Position numbers and translations under genes: made by a program | The notes under the pieces: model-generated | The model's database searches: none | Told to the model about the DNA's origin: nothing | What the model saw: the letters and a program-made list of their open reading frames with translations, nothing else | Shown: in pieces, positions 26,677-35,723 of the stretch | Numbering within the stretch: position 1 is the stretch's first letter | Layout of the letters: each line of letters starts with the position of its first letter | NCBI GenBank assembly: GCA_044229415.1 | Contig: JBGATB010000077.1 | Coordinates: forward strand, 1-37,270 | Direction of reading: 5' to 3' | Origin: Myxococcaceae bacterium | GTDB taxonomy: Bacteria > Myxococcota > Myxococcia > Myxococcales > Myxococcaceae | Length of the DNA: 37,270 nucleotides

Positions 26677-27678
26677 ATGACCCTCCTCGCCGCGCTCGAC
26701 CGCGCCTGGACGCGCGTTGAAGTGGGCCTCTGCGCGGCGGTGACCGCGGCGCTCACGCTGGCGCTCGTCTCCTGGGTCGCGCTCAAGGGCCTCTCGGCCC
26801 GCACCACGGACACCTTCATCGCCGGCCTGGTCTTCCGAGCGCTCGCTGGCGCGCTGATGCTGGGCGTCCTGGCGCGCCTCATCGGGCGGCGCCTCCCTGC
26901 GCGGGCAAGCCGAGCGCTGACCTGGGGCGCGCTGCTCCTGGGCGCCGGCGCCGCCTGGCTCTGGCGGGACGGCGGGGTCGCCTGGGCCACCAATCTGCTC
27001 GGCTGGTTGCAGGAGGGCTCCAGCCTCACCCTGGTAGGCGGACTGCGAGGGCTGGGCACCCGGCTCACCCTCTGGCTGGCGCTCCTCGGCGGCAGCCTCG
27101 CCACCGCCACGGGCCGTCACGTCTCCATCGACGTGGCCACCCGGGCGCTCGGCCCGCGCGCGGGCGCGGCGCTGGCGAAGGCGGGCGCGGCGGTGGCGGC
27201 GGCGGTGTGCCTCGTCGTCGCCTGGGGCTTCTTCGACTTCACCGCGGTGGACGCGTTCGGCGCGCCGCTGGACGCGCCGGTGGGCGCCAAGGTCTCCCAC
27301 GTAGCGCGAGGCCTCTCTCGCCACGCCTTCATCGCGCGGCGGCAGCTCGCGCTGGACGCACGGATGCTCCCCCGCGTGCTCGCCGGCGGCCCATGGGACA
27401 AGAGCCTCACCGGCGAGGAGTGGAACCGCTGGCTCGCGGCGGGCAACTGGGGCGCCCACTTCACGCCGGAGCAGGTGCAGGCGCTCCAGGACCCGGACCC
27501 CGCCAACGTGCGGGTGCCGCTCGCCACCGTGCCGGGAGAGAGCGCGCGCGGGCTCCTGGTGAAGACGCTCAACCTGATCATCCCGTTCGGGCTGGTGGTG
27601 CTGGCCCTGCGCTTCCTCCTCTGGCTCCTCCGAGGCGCCCAGGCCGCGGGCGCGCACGGCGCGCAGGTGCCGGCGTGA
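26677..27678 (+). CDS. dctQ: TRAP transporter small permease (DctQ family) with long C-terminal extension
   Basis: Four N-terminal TM segments and the DctQ-like motif GRHVSIDV. An extra ~130 aa with a terminal TM follows. ATG 26677, with an alternative GTG at 26668. Confidence 0.7.
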   Translation: MTLLAALDRAWTRVEVGLCAAVTAALTLALVSWVALKGLSARTTDTFIAGLVFRALAGALMLGVLARLIGRRLPARASRALTWGALLLGAGAAWLWRDGGVAWATNLLGWLQEGSSLTLVGGLRGLGTRLTLWLALLGGSLATATGRHVSIDVATRALGPRAGAALAKAGAAVAAAVCLVVAWGFFDFTAVDAFGAPLDAPVGAKVSHVARGLSRHAFIARRQLALDARMLPRVLAGGPWDKSLTGEEWNRWLAAGNWGAHFTPEQVQALQDPDPANVRVPLATVPGESARGLLVKTLNLIIPFGLVVLALRFLLWLLRGAQAAGAHGAQVPA

Positions 27679-29210
27679 AGGGGCGCGCGCGGATCGCCGC
27701 GGCCTCCGGGGTGGCGCTGGCCTCGGGCGGGGCCTCCCTCTTCGGCGGCTGGGCGGCGGCGTTGGTGGCCGGCGCGGCGCTGCTCGGTGTACCGCTCTTC
27801 GCCGTGATGGGCGGTGGGGCGGCGCTCGCCTTCACGCTGCGAGGCAGCCCGCTCAACCACCTCGCGCCGAAGGTGCTGGACGAGCAGTTCGCCGGCTCGC
27901 CGGTGCTGGTCACCATTCCGCTCTTCACCGCGTTGGGCTACGTGCTGGCCGAGTCGCAGGCGCCCAAGCGGATCGTCGCCGCCTCGCGCGCCGCCCTGGG
28001 CTGGATGCCCGGCGGGCTCGCGCTGGTGTGCCTCGTGGCGAGCGCCTTCTTCACCACGCTCACCGGCGGCTCTGGCGTCACCATCATCGCGGTGGGCGGG
28101 CTGCTGTACCCCGCGCTGCGCGAGCAGGGCTACTCGGAGCGCTTCTCGCTCGGCCTCGTCACCACCGGCGGCTCGCTGGGGCTCCTGCTGCCGCCGTCGC
28201 TGCCGCTGCTCGTCTACGCGCTGGTGGCGAGCCTGGACTTCAACTCCGTCTTCAAGGCGGGGTTGTTGCCCGGGCTCCTGGTGCTCGTCGTCCTCGGGGG
28301 CTACGCGGCGTACGTGGGGGTGAAGGAGAAGGTCCCGCGCGAGCGGTTCGCGCTGCGCGGGGCGCTCGAAGGGCTCTCCGCGGTGAAGTGGGAGCTGGGC
28401 ATTCCCGTGCTGATCCTCGGCGGCCTGGGGACCAGCCTCACCACGCTGGACGAGAGCGCGGCGCTGGCGCTGCTCTACACCGTGGGGGTGAGCCTCTTCG
28501 TCCACCGCGATCTGACGTGGAGAGACCTCCCGCGGATCCTCACGCAGGCGATGGCGCTCTCCGGCGCGGTCATCCTGATTCTCATGATGGCGAACGCGCT
28601 GATGAACTTCGTGATCGACCAGCAGCTCCCCGGCCGCGTGCTGGAGGCGCTGGTCCACCTGGGGCTCTCGGAGCGCTGGCAGTTCCTGTTGATCCTCAAC
28701 GTCTTCCTGCTCGTCGTCGGCATGCTGATGGACGGCTTCTCGGCGCTGCTGGTGGCGGTGCCGCTGGTGCTCCCGTTCGCGGCGCGCTTCGGCCTGCACC
28801 CGTTCCACCTGGCGATGATGTTCATCCTCAACCTCGAGCTCGCCTTCAGCGCGCCGCCCCTGGGGCTGAACCTCTTCATCGGCAGCTTCCGCTTCGGAAG
28901 GCCGGTGGTGTCGCTCTACCGGAGCGTGCTGCCCTTCGTGGCGCTGCTCGCGCTCTGCCTGGCGGTGGTGATGGGGTGGCCCTGTCTCTCCACGCGCCTG
29001 GTCCAACCGGACATCGACGCCGCGCGCGCGGAGGCGGAGCGCCTGGGCGTCCCCCCGCGTGAGGCCTGGAACCTCGAGTGCGTGCAGGAAGACCCGCTCA
29101 ACCCGCACCCCTGCAGCGAGGCCGAGCGCGCCCGCTACGCCGCGCCGGACGCGGGCTCAGGGGAGGACGAGGACGACGCGCTGATGAAGGAGATGATGAA
29201 GGCACAGTAG
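27675..29210 (+). CDS. dctM: TRAP transporter large permease (DctM family)
   Basis: Polytopic membrane protein matching DctM (LLGVPLFAVMGGGAALAFTL..., GGSGVTIIAVGGLLYPAL). GTG start overlapping the dctQ stop (GTGA). The start is uncertain, because in-frame GTG codons occur further downstream. Confidence 0.75.
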   Translation: MKGRARIAAASGVALASGGASLFGGWAAALVAGAALLGVPLFAVMGGGAALAFTLRGSPLNHLAPKVLDEQFAGSPVLVTIPLFTALGYVLAESQAPKRIVAASRAALGWMPGGLALVCLVASAFFTTLTGGSGVTIIAVGGLLYPALREQGYSERFSLGLVTTGGSLGLLLPPSLPLLVYALVASLDFNSVFKAGLLPGLLVLVVLGGYAAYVGVKEKVPRERFALRGALEGLSAVKWELGIPVLILGGLGTSLTTLDESAALALLYTVGVSLFVHRDLTWRDLPRILTQAMALSGAVILILMMANALMNFVIDQQLPGRVLEALVHLGLSERWQFLLILNVFLLVVGMLMDGFSALLVAVPLVLPFAARFGLHPFHLAMMFILNLELAFSAPPLGLNLFIGSFRFGRPVVSLYRSVLPFVALLALCLAVVMGWPCLSTRLVQPDIDAARAEAERLGVPPREAWNLECVQEDPLNPHPCSEAERARYAAPDAGSGEDEDDALMKEMMKAQ

Positions 29211-29327
29211 CTGCGACCGCCCTCCACGTTCGTCCTGAACTATTTCGCGACTTCGGATGGGTGACCCCTGTCTCTCGCCCGAGTGGACGGCGCACCCTCG
29301 CGCCGGCCAGATCAGGAGGAAGGACCC

Positions 29328-29597
29328 TTGAAGCGAAGCAGCCTGTTGTTTGCGCTCGTAACGGCGGTGGCGCTCTGCGCGTGTGGTGTGCCCGAGGACG
29401 TGGCGGAAGGAAGCCGTGAAGGGACGGCTGACGACCTCGCCAAGGCGGAGCAGGGGCTCTGCTGGATCACCCAGGATTGGCACTGCGCCTCGCGGCCGGG
29501 GGACAACATCCAGAGCTGGAGATGCTGCACGCCCCAGACCTCAGGCGGCTACTACTGCTACGACTGGTACAAGAAGAGGGGCGTCTGCAAGTACTGA
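29328..29597 (+). CDS. Small secreted cysteine-rich, aromatic-rich peptide (89 aa precursor, ~68 aa mature, 6 Cys)
   Basis: AGGAGGAAGG RBS 5 nt upstream of a TTG start. Signal peptide LKRSSLLFALVTAVALCA|CG. Mature C-terminal core LCWITQDWHCASRPGDNIQSWRCCTPQTSGGYYCYDWYKKRGVCKY. A hairpin follows at 29623-29647. Confidence 0.55.
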   Translation: MKRSSLLFALVTAVALCACGVPEDVAEGSREGTADDLAKAEQGLCWITQDWHCASRPGDNIQSWRCCTPQTSGGYYCYDWYKKRGVCKY

Positions 29598-29622
29598 CAC
29601 GCTGTCGGGCAGCAGGGCGGAA

Positions 29623-29647
29623 CTGACCGGGTTCACCTGCCGGTCAG
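29623..29647. terminator. Stem-loop between the convergent small-peptide and flotillin genes (putative bidirectional terminator)
   Basis: CTGACCGG-GTTCACCTG-CCGGTCAG, an 8-bp perfect stem. No clean T-tract follows. Confidence 0.4.
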
Positions 29648-29663
29648 CCCCTCCCCTGCGCTT

Positions 29664-31478
29664 TTAGCTGCTCTTCTTCAGCTCCAACTCCCCGCCCGCC
29701 GCGAGCATCCGGCCGATGAGCACGTCTGCCAGCCCCCCGCCCTGGCCCTGCCCCACGGCGATGTCCGGCACCAGCTTGACCCGGTTCTCGCCGAGGATGG
29801 TGGCCAGCTGCATGGCGGTGAAGCCGCCGGCGCCGAGCGACTCCTTGCCGGCGCGGTAGATCTCCGCCTTCGCCGCGCCCACGGCCCGGATGCTCTCCGC
29901 CTCCGCGCTGCCCTTGACGCGCGTGGCGTTCGCCTCGGCGTTCGAGCGCGCCCCGAGCGCCGCCGCCTCACCCTTGGCAGCCTCGGCCAGCGCGAGCGCG
30001 TTCCGCTCGGAGATCCGCACCATCTGCTCGGAGCGCACCACCTCCGCCTGCATGTTGGCGATGGCGATCTCCCGCTCCAGGTCCTGGCGCTTCACCTGCG
30101 CCTCGCGCTGGACCTCGAAGGTGCGGCGCATCTCGTCGGCGATCTTCCGGTCCGTCTGCGTCTTCATCAGCTCGGCCGGCGGGACGATGTCGCCGATCAA
30201 CGTGTCCAGGCACTCCACGTCGTACGCCTCCACGGCCGATTTGACGTCCGCGTACGCCTGGTCCTGCCGCTCGCTGCGCGCGGAGAGGAACTCCAGCACG
30301 GTCACCTCCTGCGCCGAGTTGCGGAAGTAGTTGGCCACGGTGGGCTGCAGCACGTGGTCCACCAGGTTCTGCATCGAGCCCACCCGGGAGATCACCCGCG
30401 GCGCGTTCTTCATGCCGATGTGGATGATCTGCGACACGTCCAGCGTGAAAGAGAAGCCGTCCTTGCTGCGCACGGTGATCGGCGAGAGCTTGGCGTCGTA
30501 GTTGTGGGCCTCGGTCCGCGAGGCCCAGTTCAGGACGATGTTGGTGGTGGGCACCAGCTCCACCTTCATCACCCGGGTGTTGAGCGGGTGCTTGCCGGGC
30601 AGCAGCGGCTCGATCCAGACGCCCTTGCGCCCCTTCTCCACCAGGTCTCCGTGGGTGAACGCGTCTCCCGAGAGGTCCACGTGCTCTCCGCCCACGTAGC
30701 TCACCACCACCCCCACGTAGCCGATGGGGATCTCCGTCATCGGCGCCAGCTCCACGCGCACGAACCACGGGTTCAGGTTCCAGGCGCCTGAGAGCAGCAC
30801 CTCCTCCTGAAGGCCGCGGTAGCCGCCGGCGGCCACGAAGCGCTGCCCGCGCTGGAAGCTGTCGTGCCCCAGCAGGCGCGGCCCGGCGAGATCTCCCTCT
30901 GGCAGCGGCCGCCCGTCCATCACGGTGACGATCCCCACCCGGTCCCCCGGCACGTCCTTCACCTTGAGGTCCGCCGCGGCCAGCCCATGCTGCGCCGCCG
31001 TGGCCGAGGTCACCACCGTGAAGAGGGCCGGGTTGATGCGGTAGGCGCCCGCGGTGAGGAAGGCGAGCTGACGACCCCGCTCGCCACCGCCCTCGAGGAA
31101 GGCCGCGGCGTCCTGGAAGCGGTCGCACTCCACCTCGCGTCCGAGGATCCGCTCCGAGGGCACGGCGTCACCGTCCGCGGCAACGACGAGGGCGATCTCC
31201 CCCGGCGGCACCCGGACCAGCGGCACGCGCTTGACGGCGTACTGCCAGCGCCAGAGGAGGTGGTGCCACCCCGGGGGCAGCAGCGCCGCCTGATAGCCCG
31301 CCTCGCCGCGCAGGGCGATCAGCCGCCCCGGCGGCAGCGGCGCGCCGAAGCGCTTCACCACCAGTCCACTCTCGTTCTCGCCAATGACCCACGTCCCAAA
31401 GACGAGGACGGCCAGCGCCGCAGCCATCAGCGAGGCGATCCCCATCAGCGCGAAGTGGTCCATCAAGAAGCTCCACAT
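29664..31478 (-). CDS. Flotillin family protein (SPFH/band-7 domain, N-terminal TM, C-terminal coiled-coil EA-rich region)
   Basis: N-terminal TM MWSFLMDHFALMGIASLMAAALAVLVF. The SPFH-type region and an Ala/Glu-rich coiled coil are typical of bacterial flotillins (YqiK/FloT-like). AAAGGAG RBS before the ATG at 31478. Confidence 0.85.
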   Translation of the reverse strand: MWSFLMDHFALMGIASLMAAALAVLVFGTWVIGENESGLVVKRFGAPLPPGRLIALRGEAGYQAALLPPGWHHLLWRWQYAVKRVPLVRVPPGEIALVVAADGDAVPSERILGREVECDRFQDAAAFLEGGGERGRQLAFLTAGAYRINPALFTVVTSATAAQHGLAAADLKVKDVPGDRVGIVTVMDGRPLPEGDLAGPRLLGHDSFQRGQRFVAAGGYRGLQEEVLLSGAWNLNPWFVRVELAPMTEIPIGYVGVVVSYVGGEHVDLSGDAFTHGDLVEKGRKGVWIEPLLPGKHPLNTRVMKVELVPTTNIVLNWASRTEAHNYDAKLSPITVRSKDGFSFTLDVSQIIHIGMKNAPRVISRVGSMQNLVDHVLQPTVANYFRNSAQEVTVLEFLSARSERQDQAYADVKSAVEAYDVECLDTLIGDIVPPAELMKTQTDRKIADEMRRTFEVQREAQVKRQDLEREIAIANMQAEVVRSEQMVRISERNALALAEAAKGEAAALGARSNAEANATRVKGSAEAESIRAVGAAKAEIYRAGKESLGAGGFTAMQLATILGENRVKLVPDIAVGQGQGGGLADVLIGRMLAAGGELELKKSS

Positions 31479-31517
31479 GAGCTGCTCCTTTCGAAACGTT
31501 CGTTGGGGGCCGCGGAG

Positions 31518-31534
31518 TGCACGACGCCTGCCAG
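31518..31534 (-). promoter_or_regulatory. Sigma-54 (-24/-12) promoter-like element upstream of the flotillin gene
   Basis: On the minus strand the sequence is CTGGCAG-GCGTCG-TGCA. GG and GC are separated by exactly 10 nt, matching TGGCAC-N5-TTGCA at 8 of 11 positions. It lies ~40 nt upstream of the flotillin ATG. The adjacent divergent gene encodes a sigma-54 enhancer-binding protein. Confidence 0.4.
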
Positions 31535-31633
31535 GGCCAAGCGCCCGAGCGCAGGTGGCCGCCGCGGGGTTGGGCGCCGGCGCGTCCGAAATCAATTACG
31601 CCGACTTCACAGTGAATTGCGGGACGTGCTTGG

Positions 31634-32980
31634 ATGGCGTCCATGCACCTGCTGCTGTGGGAAGGAAAGCCGCCGCCGGCGTCACTGGTGACGGCGCTCC
31701 GGAGGGCGAACGTCGAGCTCGCGCGAGAGGGGCCTCGCCCCGTGGCGCGCGCGGTCTTCACTTCGGGCGGCGTGCCCAGCGGGCCGCCCGTGCGCGGACT
31801 GCCTTGGCTGTGGCTCTCGGCGGGGTCGGTGCCCGCGGCTGCGGCGGCGGGTGCGGCGATGATCGGCGCCTACGACTCGGTGGCGGTGAACGAGCCGGGC
31901 GCCGCGGCGCGGCTGGCGCGGCGGGTAGAGGAGCTGGCGGCGCCGCTGGTGCTGCCGCAGGCCACGCCGCACCTGATCGCCGCGAGCGAGTCCATGCAGC
32001 GGGTGCTGCGCCAGGTGGCGCAGGCGGCGCGGACCTCCATGCCCGTGCTGCTCACCGGCGAGACCGGGACTGGCAAAGAGGTGACCGCGCGCCTCATCCA
32101 CGACTGGTCTCGGCGCAAGGAGCGCACGTACATCCCCATCAACTGCGCGGCCATCCCCAACGAGCTGATGGAGGCCGAGCTCTTCGGCTACGCGAAGGGC
32201 GCCTTCTCCGGGGCGGTGCAGCGCTTCGACGGGCAGCTGATGGCCGGGGCGGGGGGGACCGTCTTCCTGGACGAGATCGACGACACGCCCATCCCGCTAC
32301 AAGTAAAGCTGCTGCGCGTGCTGGAGGATCAGCAGGTCACCCGGCTGGGTGAGAGCGAGGCGCGTCGCGCGGACTTCCGGATCATCGCCGCGACCAACCG
32401 GGATCTGCGGCCGCTGATCGACAAGGGGATGTTCGGGGCGGACCTCTACGAGCGGCTCGCCATCGTCTCCATCGAGCTGCCGCCGCTGCGGGACCGCCGC
32501 GCGGACCTGCCGGCGATGGTCGAGCACTTCATCCGGATGTTCTACGAGAAGGAAGGAGCCGGCCGCACCTCGCCCCGCGTGCGCTCGGTGGCGCCGCACG
32601 CGCTGGAGGTGATCTGCGGCTACCCCTGGCGGGGCAACGTGCGGGAGCTGCGCAACGCCATCTTCCAGGCGCTGGTCTACAAGCGCGCCGGCGAGGAGCT
32701 CCTCCTCTCCGACCTGCCCAAGCGGCTCCTGCGGCCGCGCGCTGAGTCGTCCAGCGAGACGCTGCACAGCCCCAAGGCGCTCGCGCGCAAGCTCGAGGCG
32801 GGGACCTTGAACCTGCGCGTGGAGCTGGAGCAGCTGGAGCGCGCCGCGCTCGCGCTCGCTCTGGCGAAGAGCGGCGGCAGCCCCAGCGGCGCCGCCAAGC
32901 TGCTCGGCGAGGTGGGGCGGGGGAGGTCGAGAGATCCTGGCGGGACGGTGCGGGCGATGATGCGCCGGCTGGGCCTCTAG
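31634..32980 (+). CDS. Sigma-54-dependent transcriptional activator (bacterial enhancer-binding protein, NtrC/Fis family) with atypical N-terminal domain
   Basis: AAA+ sigma-54 interaction domain (LLTGETGTGKE, GAFSGA variant of GAFTGA, VFLDEIDD, GNVRELRN). C-terminal Fis-type HTH (AAKLLG). The N-terminal ~110 aa lacks an obvious receiver Asp pocket. Confidence 0.85.
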   Translation: MASMHLLLWEGKPPPASLVTALRRANVELAREGPRPVARAVFTSGGVPSGPPVRGLPWLWLSAGSVPAAAAAGAAMIGAYDSVAVNEPGAAARLARRVEELAAPLVLPQATPHLIAASESMQRVLRQVAQAARTSMPVLLTGETGTGKEVTARLIHDWSRRKERTYIPINCAAIPNELMEAELFGYAKGAFSGAVQRFDGQLMAGAGGTVFLDEIDDTPIPLQVKLLRVLEDQQVTRLGESEARRADFRIIAATNRDLRPLIDKGMFGADLYERLAIVSIELPPLRDRRADLPAMVEHFIRMFYEKEGAGRTSPRVRSVAPHALEVICGYPWRGNVRELRNAIFQALVYKRAGEELLLSDLPKRLLRPRAESSSETLHSPKALARKLEAGTLNLRVELEQLERAALALALAKSGGSPSGAAKLLGEVGRGRSRDPGGTVRAMMRRLGL

Positions 32981-34947
32981 GGGATCACCCTGAACCCATC
33001 CACCACCATGTTCGTCCCGCCGGTCTTGGTCACCCGGATGGTGTGGGTCCCGCGCGTCAGGCCTGACTTGGTGAACATCGTCTGCTGCGCGATGTAGCCC
33101 GTGGCGGTGGTGTGCGCGTCGATGACCGTCGCTGCACCGCCGTCCACCGAGATGGAGATCGTCCCGCGCGTAGTGGAGCGCTCGGTCACGAAGCTCACCG
33201 CGGTGCCGACGAAGGTGAACGTCGCCGTCGCGCCGTTCACGCCGGTGTAGTGGATGCCGTTGTTGTAGGCGTTGCGGCTCTCGGGCAGCCCCTGCTGGCT
33301 GACCCAGCCGCCGCCCGCGTAGACGATCTTCGGGTCGGTGTCGTCCCGCAGGCTGTACGTCGTGACGGAGCGGCCGTACGGGTCGATCGCCACCATCCGG
33401 TAGGTGTGGCTCGTGTCCTTGATGCCCACGTCGGTGAACGAGTGCGCCGGCTGGCTCCAGAACGCGCTCGCGTGGTCCTCGATGTAGATGGGGGTGGTGA
33501 GCGTGTCCCGGTAGACCTGGTACTCCAGCGTGCCGTCGTCCGGGTCCGAGGTGGTGTCGAGCGTGACGATCACCGAGCCGTCCGGGCCCTTGCCTCCCAC
33601 CGTGACGCCGTAGGTCTTGTAGGCCTTTGGCCCAATCAGGTTGGGGGCCAGCGCGCGGACGGCGTAGCGAACCAGCCCCTGCTGCGCCTTGCCCTCGGCG
33701 TGCAGGAACTCTCCGCCGTAGCTCAGGTACTGGCTGTTGCCGGTGACCGACCATGCCGCCTGGGACGAGCCGGAGACCGTCCCCGTATCCAGCGTGGGGT
33801 ACCAGTTCAGCTGAGCGGTGTGGGGATAGCCCGCGAAGCTCGAGTACTTCGTAAGCTCGGGCGGCACGTTCGTGCCGGTGATGCCCGTGGTGGTCTCGGC
33901 GAGCGCGCGCTGGGAAGGCAGGTCGCCCCAGAGCCCCATCGGCCGGCAGTCGTGCGGGTGCCCCGCCGAGTAGAGGACTCCGCCCACCGGGAAGGCGCTG
34001 TAGCTGTCGCCGTGGCAGTCGTTGATCCAGACGATGGAGCCATCCACCGCGCTCAGCGCCGCCCGGCCCTCGAAGAAGCCGTCCAGGTAGGCGGAGCCGT
34101 AGCCCCAGCTGGTGAGGAAGATCCGGGTCCCGTCGGTGGTCAGGCTGGAGATCGCTGACCCGTTGCCGGAGGGCGCGTTCAGCACCACCTGATCCCGGAT
34201 CGGGAAGGAGCTGCTGGTGCTCGCCCACGGCGTGACCGGGGCGCCGGTGTCGAGCTTCAGCGCGACGTTGGAGAGGTACTGCAGGCCGTTGACGCGGTTG
34301 AAGGAACCCCCGACCACCAGGTTGCCCTGGGCTGGCGTCACCACCATCGCGGAGACGGCGATGAAGCTGTTGTTGTTGCTGGTGATGGAAGGCGCCCAGT
34401 TCGTCGCCAAGGCGCCGTTCGCCTCATAGGCGGCCACGCGCTGCCGGCTCTGTCCGCCCGCGGTGCTGAACGAGCCGCCGACGTAGGCCCGCGCGTTGGT
34501 GGCGGCCACCGCCTGCACCACCCCGTTGGTGCCCGAGAAGCCGCCGAGCAGCGCGCCCGTGGTGAGGTCGAACGCGGCGAAGTTGGCGTGCGCCTGACCG
34601 TCCACTGCGGAGAACTTGCCGCCGACGTAGAGGCGCCTGCCGTCGGGAGAGGCGGCGATCGCCCGCCCCTCGGCACCGGTCCCCGTGAGCGAGTGAACGA
34701 AGTCCGTCTTGAGCACGCCCGTCGTGATGTCGAACGCCAGCAGGTTGGCGCGCGCCACGGTGCCCGCGCCGCCGAGCGCGACGCCCGCGGGACGAGCGTT
34801 GGCAAAGCGACCGGTGGCGTAGACGGTGTTCCCCACCGTGACCTGCGCCCAGACGATGCCGTCGATTTGTACCGTGGGCAGCGGGTCTACGGAGGGCGTG
34901 GCGGCGAGCGCGGCGGAGGCGAGGAGGGACGTGAGGAGGCTGTGCAT
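32977..34947 (-). CDS. Secreted beta-propeller repeat protein (delta-60-like repeats) with C-terminal beta-sandwich domain, probably carbohydrate-binding
   Basis: Signal peptide MHSLLTSLLASAALAATPSV. Repeated ~55-60-aa units with a (Y)VGG(K/S)FS..(D/G)G motif (YVGGKFSAVDG, YVGGSFSTAGG, LVVGGSFNRVNG). The C-terminal ~120 aa is Ig/CBM-like. Confidence 0.7.
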   Translation of the reverse strand: MHSLLTSLLASAALAATPSVDPLPTVQIDGIVWAQVTVGNTVYATGRFANARPAGVALGGAGTVARANLLAFDITTGVLKTDFVHSLTGTGAEGRAIAASPDGRRLYVGGKFSAVDGQAHANFAAFDLTTGALLGGFSGTNGVVQAVAATNARAYVGGSFSTAGGQSRQRVAAYEANGALATNWAPSITSNNNSFIAVSAMVVTPAQGNLVVGGSFNRVNGLQYLSNVALKLDTGAPVTPWASTSSSFPIRDQVVLNAPSGNGSAISSLTTDGTRIFLTSWGYGSAYLDGFFEGRAALSAVDGSIVWINDCHGDSYSAFPVGGVLYSAGHPHDCRPMGLWGDLPSQRALAETTTGITGTNVPPELTKYSSFAGYPHTAQLNWYPTLDTGTVSGSSQAAWSVTGNSQYLSYGGEFLHAEGKAQQGLVRYAVRALAPNLIGPKAYKTYGVTVGGKGPDGSVIVTLDTTSDPDDGTLEYQVYRDTLTTPIYIEDHASAFWSQPAHSFTDVGIKDTSHTYRMVAIDPYGRSVTTYSLRDDTDPKIVYAGGGWVSQQGLPESRNAYNNGIHYTGVNGATATFTFVGTAVSFVTERSTTRGTISISVDGGAATVIDAHTTATGYIAQQTMFTKSGLTRGTHTIRVTKTGGTNMVVDGFRVIP

Positions 34948-35156
34948 GTGCTTGAGACAGGCGCGGCGGAGAGGCGCGCCATCTTTTTTCCGATCTTTGT
35001 TCGGGGACCAGGCTTGGGTCCCCTCCTCTTACAAGACCGGGCGAGGGTGAATCCGTTGCGGCGTTGGTTCCTGCAACGGGAGCGTCACCGAGCTGTCTCA
35101 AAGGTTGAGGCGCGCCGGTGCCCTGAAGAGCGCACCGGCGTCTCACCGCACCCCTG

Positions 35157-35663
35157 TTACTTGGTGGGCGACTGCTTGCAAACAACGGAAGGCTGCGCAG
35201 GAGCGGGGGTGGGGGTGGCCGCGGTCCCCGGCGCCGGCGTTCCGGCCGTGCCCGCGCCGCCGATGCCTGGCGCCGTGGTGTCCACCTCGATGTCCGCGAT
35301 CCCGTACGCCTTGCCCTGGTTCGCGCTGGCCCCCGGATCAGTGGTGAACAGCACCTCGATCTGGTTCGTCGTCGGGTTCCGCGTGGCCGACTTGATGTTG
35401 ACCTGCTTTGCCGTGGCGTCCGGCGCGGCGCAGAGGACGAGGAGCGGGTTCTTCAGCCCCCTGTCCACCCGGTCGCGCAGGGCATTGCGGATCAACGTTC
35501 CGTACGACGGATCCAGCACGCCATCGGCGGGGATCTGCGCGGTGGACGAACCGCCCATCAGCTGCTTCACCCGAAGCGACTTCGTCCCATCCGCCGCCGG
35601 ATCCGCCGCGAACGCAGCGCCAGCGAGGGCCAGGGTTGCGATCAGCACGAGCTTCTTCAGCAT
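35157..35663 (-). CDS. Secreted hypothetical protein with Pro/Thr/Ala-rich C-terminal tail
   Basis: Start at the internal ATG with a GGAGAG RBS. Signal peptide MLKKLVLIATLALAGAAFA. C-terminal low-complexity linker APGIGGAGTAGTPAPGTAATPTPAPAQP. Confidence 0.55.
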   Translation of the reverse strand: MLKKLVLIATLALAGAAFAADPAADGTKSLRVKQLMGGSSTAQIPADGVLDPSYGTLIRNALRDRVDRGLKNPLLVLCAAPDATAKQVNIKSATRNPTTNQIEVLFTTDPGASANQGKAYGIADIEVDTTAPGIGGAGTAGTPAPGTAATPTPAPAQPSVVCKQSPTK

Positions 35664-35723
35664 GGTCTCTCCACCTGTGAAGTGGCCCACCATGAGCCGC
35701 GCCGAAGGTAAGGACGGTTCGCC

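Noticed and set aside
26217-26680. ORFs 26217..26519(+), 26384..26680(+) and 25951..26373(-) with repeated peptide motifs (VHPERSRGALVFTAH)
   Set aside because: They are translations of the tandem DNA repeats. Their periodicity mirrors the DNA repeats and they lack RBS and start context.
27117-29108. 663-aa minus-strand ORF
   Set aside because: Antisense to the dctQ and dctM genes, which have clear homology. The product is low-complexity.
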